Shown piece by piece: positions 11,919-23,066 of a stretch of 64,000 nt of DNA. Numbering within the stretch: the first letter of the stretch is position 1; each line of letters starts with the position of its first letter. Below the pieces are notes generated by a model. That model was not told the DNA's origin. It saw nothing but the letters and a program-made list of their open reading frames with translations, and searched no databases. The stretch comes from Candidatus Bathyarchaeota archaeon (lineage in GTDB: Archaea > Thermoproteota > Bathyarchaeia > Bathyarchaeales > Bathycorpusculaceae): positions 320,001 to 384,000 of the forward strand of contig CAVRFW010000009.1 of NCBI GenBank assembly GCA_963720565.1. The letters are read 5' to 3'. Made by a program: the position numbers and the translations under genes.

Positions 11919-11955
11919 ATAGTAACACATAGTAATTCATAGTAAAATATAGTAA
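11919..11955 (+). promoter_or_regulatory. Four ATAGTAA direct repeats at exact 10-bp period upstream of the RHH gene (probable operator)
   Basis: ATAGTAA at 11919, 11929, 11939, 11949. Confidence 0.6.
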
Positions 11956-11988
11956 CATGTATTAAACCGCGTACCCAAATACTAATCC

Positions 11989-12144
11989 ATGAAAACACTA
12001 AAAATAACTGAACAAACCCACCAAGAACTAACCCGAATCAAAGGCGCCGTCACGCAAAGAACCGGCACAGAAACCACATACGACGAAGCCATCCAAGAAC
12101 TGATAGCAGTATGGATTCTAAAACATCAAGCATCCGGGCAGTAA
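11989..12144 (+). CDS. Small ribbon-helix-helix / VapB-like DNA-binding protein (51 aa, not in ORF track)
   Basis: MKTLKITEQTHQELTRIKG...ETTYDEAIQELI. Confidence 0.75.
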   Translation: MKTLKITEQTHQELTRIKGAVTQRTGTETTYDEAIQELIAVWILKHQASGQ

Positions 12145-12311
12145 TTGTGTACTATACTATTGAGAACCCCCAACCGTAAACGCGGGCTGACGGGCTTCAC
12201 ACAAACATTTTCTTTAGGCACTAATCACTTGAAACTCAAATTTCATTAGCGCGCCTATGTGAAGTCGGTTAATTAACCTTTCTTCTTTTCATTCTATTCC
12301 CCATTTCTCTT

Positions 12312-12444
12312 TTCATTCTTCCTCGTCCTAAAGGATGGGCACGCGCCTATTCGCTGACAAAGCAGCACTATGGCTACGCATCCAGACCCTCCTCAATCGC
12401 GCTAACGTCCACACCCAAGAGACAGCGCTAAAACGAGGAAGAGT
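12312..12444 (-). ncRNA. Putative IS110 bridge/seek RNA (ends approximate)
   Basis: 10-bp closing stem (12317-12326 with 12433-12442) extended by G-U pairs only on the minus strand; internal segments match target and donor junction sequences. Confidence 0.7.
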
Positions 12445-13438
12445 TCAGGCCTGATCGTAATACGGACGCTTATTCTTCAACACAGAAAAACTGCACAACA
12501 ACAGCTTCCTGGCAGCAGCCACCACCGCAACCTTCTTCCCCTTCCTCTCAGCAATCCGACTATACGCTCGAGTAATCGACGTGTCGTACTTGTGAACATG
12601 AGTCTGAGCAGCCTCAACCATCACCCAACGCAGCCAACGACTACCCTCCTTCGTAATGTTGCCATGCCAAACGGTTCTTCCAGAAGCATGCGTGGAAGGC
12701 AACAAGCCCAGCGTAACTGCAAAGCCTCTCGGGAAAAGGAAACCGGTTAACATCTCCAATCTCACTCTTCACTAGAACCGCCGAGTAATAGCCGATTCCC
12801 GGAATAGTCATCAACAACTTAACATCCTCATCACCCTCAGCTATCCCAACAAGCTCATTAGAAAGAAGCTTAATTTCCTCGTCCAACGGTTCGAGAATTC
12901 GCAAGTAACACTCGATCGAATCAATGTTCAAACCACGCAGCCACTCAACGCCTTTCTTCGTGAACAAGCCACTGATCGGAAGGCCACTTCAAACCCTCAT
13001 GCGTCAAGACGCTTTTGATTTTCACTCTGAGCTTAACGCGTGTCCCTCACTAGGAAAGCTCTACGCCTAACCTTCTCTCGGAGGTTAGCGATTTCTCCAG
13101 TCGGAAAGTAAGCCAACGGCAAAGCGTCCAGCCTGACGAGTTCAGCTATGGCTTTAGAGTCTACTCGGTCGCTTTTAATTTTAGCCTCAGCGATGTAGCG
13201 GGTCTTCTTCGGATGAGAAACCACAACGTCATATCCCTTACTGAGTCAGCTGCCTGAACAGCGGTGCGATCTGGTTGGAAGATTCCATTCCGACCTTGGA
13301 GACTTTGAAGTGCGACAGATACGGCAGTACTCTTTCATTTTCCATTCTTGTTTGGTTAACTATCTTTCCTTCAGGGTTCAAAATTGTCGCATAAGTGCTG
13401 TCCTTATGCACGTCCAACCCGCAAACGAAGGCGCTCAT
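12445..13438 (-). CDS. IS110 family transposase/recombinase (three or more frameshifts)
   Basis: GLDVHKDS, GMESS, KSDRVDSKAIA (DEDD RuvC); TIPGIG, YAGL.PSTHASG, GSRWLRW, AAARKLL. Confidence 0.93.
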
Positions 13439-13899
13439 AACATGGCGTGAGCGCCTCTTGCGTAAAACACTTCCCATACCATCGCGCTAACGTAGTTACG
13501 GTGAAGATGCAAGCGTGTTATATTATGTCTTTTATCGATTTCACTTGTTTAACCTAAAAAATAGATCGCAAAAACCATAAGTGAAAAAGAGATACCTATT
13601 AGGTAACGAATCTATAAGAGAACTAGTTATGAAGCAAGGGATCGATATGCTCCAAGGTCGAATACCTAGCGACATATTCATACGTCAATATTGGAGTCCT
13701 AAGTTAAACAGCTTAGAGATAAGACCTACATAGCATCAAAGGAGCTAGACAGTACAACAACAGATCAGGCAGTTCAGTAAAATAACCCGAGTTTCTTTCT
13801 ATTCTCTATTATTTTAGAATATCAATCTGTGATCTAATCAATATTGACACATCCACATGCTTAAATATTCAGTGCAGAAAGATATCTTATGGATATAGA

Positions 13900-14420
13900 A
13901 TGTCAGAAATAAACAAGAGAAAAAACATAAAGGTAGAGTCTAAGGCTATAGATAAAGAGCTAGAGAAACTTAAGAAAGAGCTATTCGCCGATATTGTATC
14001 AGTGGAATCAGTGGAATCAATTAAGACTAGGAGGAAAAGAAGAGAACCCAAGTACTCTATGGTGGCTGAGGCTATCAAGCTAGTAAGCTAAGATGTCAAG
14101 GAATGCCTATAGACTTAACTTGGAGAAAGTGTTCCAATTAGAGAACTATAGTAAGCTAGGTCCGAAAGAGAAGAGCGCACTGGTTAGAAGGGTCTATCGC
14201 AATACTTGATCGATACCTAAAGGAGTTTGCTCGTGCACATGGCTATGATCTATCTAAGAAAGAATTGAAAAAGAACAGAGCAGGAAATGAAATCATCATT
14301 AAGGGAGTTAAGATGGCTACACTTCCAGAGTACACTAGATTTAAGAAAGAAACTATCAGTATGAGACTAGTTGGATCTGATATCTACCTAATCAAGCAGA
14401 GTGATATGCCAATTGAATGA
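13900..14420 (+). CDS. Hypothetical Lys-rich protein in AT-rich DNA (about two frameshifts)
   Basis: 13900-14091 ORF continues MSRNAYRLNLEKVFQ.. and ILDRYLKEFARAHG..SDMPIE* in adjacent frames. Confidence 0.45.
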
Positions 14421-14458
14421 ACATATTAGCGCGCGCGTTATATATTGGTGAGTAGAGA

Positions 14459-15291
14459 ATGTTAAACGATGAAAACACGGACCTCCTGCTGGGTTTGGGC
14501 TTGAGTCCTAATCAAGCAAAAGTCTACCAAACCATACTTAAATTAGGTTCCGCTACCGTCAGGGATGATAGCGAAATCTTCTGCAGTGCGCAGGGAAGAT
14601 GTGTACAGGATTTTGCCAGCACTTGAAAGGATGGGATTAACAGAAAAACTGCTAGGCAAGCAGCTTACGATTCGGAGCAATGCTCCCTGTCGCTGGCGCT
14701 TTGACTTCATTGATAGTTGATGAAAAAGTTAAATCGGATGAAAGAATAGCCACGATGAAAGAGAAATTCCGAAAATTGGTCAAAGTGAAATGGACACAAC
14801 CCGTTAGTTTGGGTAAAGAAGAAAGTCTCTATGCACTGATACCGGAGGGCAAAGCAATTCTGGCTAAAACCTCCGACTTAATTGTTAACTCAAAAAAGGA
14901 AATTTTCTGGATTGAAAATCAAGGAGAAATCCTGCGTAGTTTATACAATTCTTCTAAGGAGTACGTGGGTGCGATCCGCAGAGATGTGATTGTTCGGATG
15001 ATTTTCGAAGATTGCAGGCCAGATGATCTACTAAGAAAACAGGTGCAATCTCTAATAAACAACAAATCCACTCTTGTCAGGTTTCACCGTCAACTTCTGA
15101 ACCGCTTCATGGTTTTTGATAGCAAAGAAGCGTTGATTACAACCGATAGAAAAAGTGGCTTAACAGAAGCCCCAGTATTATGGACGACTGACAACAACCT
15201 TATCGGCGTGCTAAAAGGATATTTTGAGAATTCATGGAAAGAATCTGAAGAACTGATACAAAACAAGCCACTTCCAAATGACAAACAGTAG
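14459..15291 (+). CDS. TrmB family transcriptional regulator (frameshifted N-terminus)
   Basis: LGLSPNQAKVYQTILKLG..IAKSSAVRREDVYRILPALERMGL wHTH; C-terminal FMVFDSKEALI..WTTD..YFENSW. Confidence 0.85.
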
Positions 15292-15548
15292 TGCCTCACG
15301 GGTCTTCTCAAAAATAGCGCGTGGTTATTCAAAAACTCAGTTTAGGACGCGCAGGCAAGTTAAATAATTGTTTTGCTTCTCGCAGCAGTGCTTCTAACAT
15401 GTCATTTCCCAAGGGTTCTTGAGAGACATTCGCTTTGAATCTCTCCCAAAGACCACTCGACGACTGAAGATTAGCTTCTTGAAAACACTCGTGACCCCTT
15501 CAGAATCGTGGCTCACGCTATTTTACCCTCCAGTTTAATCCCCAGCTT

Positions 15549-16556
15549 TCAAGCAAAATACGCTATGCTGTACCGAAGCTCCGGTCTCCCAATGAAGGCA
15601 GCCGCAATAGCGACGGCGTAGACCAAGCAGAACGCAAGACACGTGTGTATGCAGGCGTTCCAGAGTCCCTGCCAAGTCAATCTACCATACGCCAGACGAG
15701 ATTTCACCCTACCGTTCAAGCTTTCAGATTTCGCCCTCAACATCTTGTAGACAACGCGAAGGTGCTCAGGGCCCTCAACGTCAATGCGATCCTTCACAGA
15801 AAGCACGTCCGAAGGGTTCACCCGGCCCCTCAAACGCCTCCACGCAATGACATCGTCTATCTTCCTGGCTTGAAGCGCATCAAACACTTGACCGGATTCG
15901 AACTGGCTGTCACCAGCGACCAGCTCCACTTCAATGTCTTCTCCAAGCAACCTGTCCAGCAAAGGCTCCACAAGCAGCTTCTCGTTGACGTTGGCTGGAG
16001 CTTCCACGTGGCCAAGCGGGAAGCCCTCGATGTCCACGAGAAACAGAGACTGGTAGCCCAGAACGAAGCCTTTCTTTCCTCTTCCAAGCCTGGCGTCAGG
16101 GTCGCCGAGGCCTCGGCTCGTGTCGTGTGGGTCTCGGCTGCTTCAGGCTGGAAGGTCGGTGCCGTCCACACATGCCGCTTGAACTAAGCCGACGGCAGAT
16201 AGAGGTTGGCTTTCTCTGAGTCTTAGGGCTTCGTGTCGCAGCCACTTCTCTATGGCGCGGAAGCCTTCTGGGCCTATGCGTTTCTTCATCTGGGAGAAGT
16301 GGGCTTCGGTTGGTACTTTGTTGTTGTATCCGCAGGCGGAACGCATTTCTTTGTTTCTTCTGAGGCGTTTGACTAGGTCTTTGATGTAGGGTATCTGTTC
16401 CAGTTGACGTAGCATAAGCGCTCGCAGGTCACACGCCGGATCATACTCGACTGGTCGCCCTGCGCCCTCGAAGTGTAGGCCTTTCCAGAGGATGGAGTGG
16501 AGAGGTTTTAAATTCAAGTTTTCGAATAGAAGGGTTGGAGAACCTGATCTCTCCAT
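15549..16556 (-). pseudogene. IS5/IS1182-like DDE transposase with in-frame nonsense codon at 16143-16145
   Basis: GRPVEYDP..LRALML, CGY..VPTEAHFS, VDGTDL, DPDARLG, GDSQF, RAKSESLNGRVK; the two ORFs are in one frame separated by TGA. Confidence 0.85.
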
Positions 16557-17331
16557 TTCTCATCAAAATAGCGAGGTCAGGCTCTCCTAATATAACTTTG
16601 AATTATTTAATCCGCCTGCGCGCGCCTTGGAAGATAGTCTAGAAGTAGTGAAAAAATTGTTGAGAAAACCAGTGGATTTGATGATGCCCGAAGTATGGAT
16701 TACTACCTTAAAGAGTTGTGTAAGGGCAAGGTGAATGAGTGCAAAAATGTGTTCCAAAATTGGGTTGATACCGAGAAAAATACTGTGTTTAAGTTCAGGG
16801 CGCAAAGAATACTTCAACTTCTCGAGACAAATCAATGCATGTTTCCACCTAATAGGGCTAATTGATAACTGCCTTACGGTACTGTTATCTATCGTTCTTT
16901 CTGATACGCTACTTCCACCCAGAACTCCTTACAAATGGCGATTTAAAGAAGAAGTGATAGGAAAAGAAAACTGCAAAGTCTTTACCTTAGTTGCCCGTCA
17001 GCTGTATCCTCCTGGGGGACTCTATATCAAGTCCAGCATAGTGGAAATGCTTCAAAAGGGGCAGATGAAAAAAACCGGAGAATTTCAACGGCTTATCAAT
17101 TACCTTCAAAATTTGTAGCCCGTGCGCGCTACTCGTCTAAGAATGGACGGTAACAAATCACTTTCGAAGGCCCTGAAAATGGATAATTATGTTGAGGAGA
17201 TCGGTGAGGAGTTCTCGGAAGATTAAGCCGAGATCGTAAACGTGACGTTCTCAAGTAGCTGCAAGACATCTACCTTTAGCAGAGCAAAATCTTTTAGGCG
17301 CGGTGACTATGTACTGTTTGGAGACTTTTGT

Positions 17332-17538
17332 ATGCCTTTTTGGAAGAATGATGATCCAAAGAAGAAGGCTGAAGAAGCAGCCAAGAAGACCGCTGAAGAA
17401 GCTAAGAAAGCAGCCGAAGAAACCGCTGATAAAGCTAAGAAAGCAGCCGAAGAAACCGCTGATAAAGCTAAGAAAGCAGCCGAAAAAACCGCTGAAGAAG
17501 CTAAAAAAGCAGCCAATAAAGCAAAAGAGAAAATGTAA
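17332..17538 (+). CDS. Small LEA-like hydrophilin with 11-aa repeats
   Basis: MPFWKNDDP then repeats of AKKAAEETADK; 33-bp tandem units at 17401-17499. Confidence 0.7.
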   Translation: MPFWKNDDPKKKAEEAAKKTAEEAKKAAEETADKAKKAAEETADKAKKAAEKTAEEAKKAANKAKEKM

Positions 17539-18211
17539 CAAAGCATCTGCGTCTTTATTTTCCTCTCTTTTCTTTTAGGAGCTCACAGTCAACCCAACAG
17601 TTAAGCGCGCGCTTGCGTTACTGGAAGACGCCTTTTAAGGTCCTTCCAAGTGAGTTTATCGTTGAGAAGGGAGAACGGAACAAGAAGAGTTGACGAGTGT
17701 CAACCAAGCGTTGTGCGACCATTCGAAACAGAGGCGTTATACTCAGAAGCAGTTTGACATTCTGAACGGTTTTGATCTGATTGAGACGAGATGCCTCAAC
17801 TGTCACAAGATTCTGGATTTGGCCATTAGCAAGATTAATGCGTGCGCGTCTCCCCAATAGCACTCTGCAGCCAGCAGGCGTCTTTCAACTTCAGAAAGTC
17901 TATTGCTCGCTGGTTTCCAGCTTTGGCGCGCGCGCTTTGGGATGAGAAGCCTGATGGTTAGTGCGTACTATCGAAAACATTAAATGCCTTATCCAGAACA
18001 TAATGTGCGGCGGAAGACCTCAGATCATGGAATCTTGGGGGAAACTTGGACTGAACGCCCAGAAAAATAGTAAAAAAGGGCGGGTAAAGCGCAAGTTTAC
18101 CATGAAATACCAAGATTTATATGAACGAAGGGCACTTCTCCAAGTGAAAAGTTCCCCATAACATGTGCAAAAAGCACGTGGGTTTATGGAGGAACTTAAC
18201 CGAAGGGAGAT

Positions 18212-18508
18212 ATGAATTTGGAAATTAAAGAATTGCGAGATGGTATGAAGCGTGTCAGCGTCGAAGGAAGAGTTGTTGAAAAAGGTAATACCCGTGAAGT
18301 CAGGTCAAAATACAAAGATGAAACTTATAGGATAGCCGATGCAATGGTGGCAGATGAAACTGGAAGCATAAAGCTGACATTGTGGAACGAGCAGATAGAT
18401 CAAGTCAATGTTGACAACATCATCAAAATTGAGAACGGTTACGTGACAAGCTTCAGGGGCGAAATTCAGCTTAACGTTGGAAAATTCGGCAAAATGACCA
18501 TTGAGTAA
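18212..18508 (+). CDS. ssb: Single OB-fold ssDNA-binding protein (crenarchaeal-type SSB/RPA)
   Basis: VADETGSIKLTLWNEQ, IENGYVTSFRGEIQLNVGKFG. Confidence 0.85.
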   Translation: MNLEIKELRDGMKRVSVEGRVVEKGNTREVRSKYKDETYRIADAMVADETGSIKLTLWNEQIDQVNVDNIIKIENGYVTSFRGEIQLNVGKFGKMTIE

Positions 18509-18630
18509 GGCCTTTCTAAACGGGGCTTTTAGCTCATCTAAAGTATAGGCGTTTGTTAAACTGGTTGATTTGTCAGTCTAATTTGGTTTTTGTTTACCTG
18601 CACCTGGAAGAGAAGAGACGGAGTAGTTTT

Positions 18631-21514
<2,884 letters not shown>

Positions 21515-21552
21515 TCTTTCAACTACCTAAGTGTGAACTAGGGATGCTTGTT

Positions 21553-21696
21553 CTATCCGCCCGTTGCTTTGCCATAGCCGGTGCAGCAGTCACAGTCAGA
21601 GCCCTTACCACAGTAAGGACACAAACACTGGCAATCATCAATGAGGTTGCCGCATTTGTCGCAACGAGGCAACTCGTTTTCTTCTTTAGGCATCAT
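21553..21696 (-). CDS. Cys-rich microprotein (47 aa, 9 Cys, ends in GG), not in ORF track
   Basis: MMPKEENELPRCDKCGNLIDDCQCLCPYCGKGSDCDCCTGYGKATGG; ends 39 bp before the korA start, same strand. Confidence 0.7.
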   Translation of the reverse strand: MMPKEENELPRCDKCGNLIDDCQCLCPYCGKGSDCDCCTGYGKATGG

Positions 21697-21883
21697 ATTC
21701 GCCTCTGTTACTATCATACTTGAATTGCCCGCGAATTAAGCTTTCCCAAATCCAGTTTTCATGGTTGCCCCCCGATAGTTGATCAAAAATTCCATTCAAA
21801 GTTCACTTATGCTCTCAACATTAGGGTAGTATATACTTTAGAAGATAAGAAAAATGGGAGATGAGTAAGGCTCTACCGGCGCT

Positions 21884-21934
21884 TTACTTCTTCTTTGCAG
21901 CCTTTTTCTTCTTTCCTTTGGCAGCTTTAGCCAC
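21884..21934 (-). CDS. Putative 16-aa Lys/Ala microprotein
   Basis: GTG start, MAKAAKGKKKKAAKKK*, GAGGT SD just upstream, TTTAAATATA box about 40 bp upstream, T-rich tract downstream. Confidence 0.55.
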   Translation of the reverse strand: MAKAAKGKKKKAAKKK

Positions 21935-22284
21935 GATACTGACCTCGAAACTAATATTATGTCCAATTTATATTTAAAATTTGCTAAAGCCTAAGCTTCG
22001 TGACGCCTCACAACAGAGTCTTTCGAAAACGGTTGTTAATAACGAAACAAGCTTTTTTTGCCCTAATTGAGCAAAAAAGACGCGAAATCAGCCTTTTGAA
22101 TATCTGTGATGACTCAATCGAGCGAAGGATGTTTCCTTTGAATTACTTGCTCTTCATCTTCAATCTTGCATCATTTCCGGCGCAAATCTTTTATATCTAA
22201 TGTAAAAATCTACATAGCAGTGAAAAAAAGTTCCAATGGTGACTCAGAACGAGCAGGTTATCAAACTTTAGCATAAGAACAAAA

Positions 22285-23019
22285 ATGATTGCTACGATAG
22301 CTGTGTTTTCAGCTCTCTATTCAGTTCTCAGGATACTACCGACAGTGCCTATGATAGGGGCTGCTGGAGCAAGCTTTTCATTATCAGATGTTCTCGCCCC
22401 ACTCTATGGAATTCTGTTGGGTCCATACGTTGGAGGCGCGGCCGTAATAATAGGTACCTTTTTGGGAATGCTCATGGGAAAGCCAGTAGTTTTCTTGGGT
22501 TTGGATTTTCTACCTGCATTCATAAACGTAGTCGCACTGGGGTTCCTCATCAAACGCAAATGGTTGCCAGTAATCATACTTAACGTAGCTTTGCTTTTAG
22601 TATTCTCCTTGTACCCTCTTACAAGTCTGCTAATCAATGTTGGTGGCGTCTCAGTTCCCTTCGTTTGGCTGCATATTACAGCTTTCATAGTGCTTCTTTC
22701 ACCTTTAGGTCGAAGAGCGGGTCAATGGGTAGAATCTTTGCAACCGACTAGGCTAGCTGCTGGAATAGCAATACTATCATTCATCGGAACCATGATGCAG
22801 CATCTCATGGGAAACATACTTTTCGAGACCATACTCGCACAGCCCATTGGCTATATCCAAACAACCGCGTACCCTGCAATTTGGAGTGCAATTTTCTTCC
22901 TCTACCCCTTAGAGCGCCTTGCTCTAGTTATACTTGCAACAATAGTTGGGACGCCATTGGTGCGGGTGCTCAAGAAATCACTCCTAAAGGACTCAAAACC
23001 TTCAAATCCGACTCTTTGA
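22285..23019 (+). CDS. ECF transporter S-component-like membrane protein
   Basis: IAVFSALYSVL, YGILLGPYVGG..IIG, multiple TM helices. Confidence 0.7.
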   Translation: MIATIAVFSALYSVLRILPTVPMIGAAGASFSLSDVLAPLYGILLGPYVGGAAVIIGTFLGMLMGKPVVFLGLDFLPAFINVVALGFLIKRKWLPVIILNVALLLVFSLYPLTSLLINVGGVSVPFVWLHITAFIVLLSPLGRRAGQWVESLQPTRLAAGIAILSFIGTMMQHLMGNILFETILAQPIGYIQTTAYPAIWSAIFFLYPLERLALVILATIVGTPLVRVLKKSLLKDSKPSNPTL

Positions 23020-23066
23020 GCCAAGACTTAGTTTTGTTACACTGAACTAGGTCGAGGAGAATTATT

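Larger units (their letters stand above)
12250..13486 (-). mobile_element. IS110 family (IS1111-type) insertion sequence
   Basis: Sub-terminal IRs TATGTGAAGT (12256-12265) and ACTTCCCATA (13469-13478), 9/10 match; CGCG at both junctions (12250-12253, 13483-13486); long 3' non-coding region. Confidence 0.85.

Noticed and set aside
12396..13493. 13-bp direct repeat ATCGCGCTAACGT as a target-site duplication bounding the IS110
   Set aside because: IS110 elements do not make long TSDs, and the sub-terminal IRs place the end near 12250. The inner copy is better explained as the RNA target guide.
16143..16145. In-frame TGA in the transposase as selenocysteine or readthrough
   Set aside because: The context (LPA*SSRD) fits a TGG-to-TGA change in a mobile gene; it is not a redox Cys position and I saw no SECIS-like evidence.
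15400..16640. Terminal inverted repeats for the IS5/IS1182-like element
   Set aside because: A candidate end CTTCTTGAAAACACTC near 15476 has no clear partner upstream of the gene, so the element boundaries were not called.
16587..18161. ORFs 16587-16835, 16735-17118, 17618-17863 and 17961-18161
   Set aside because: No recognisable motifs or convincing start signals; may be spurious or decayed DNA.
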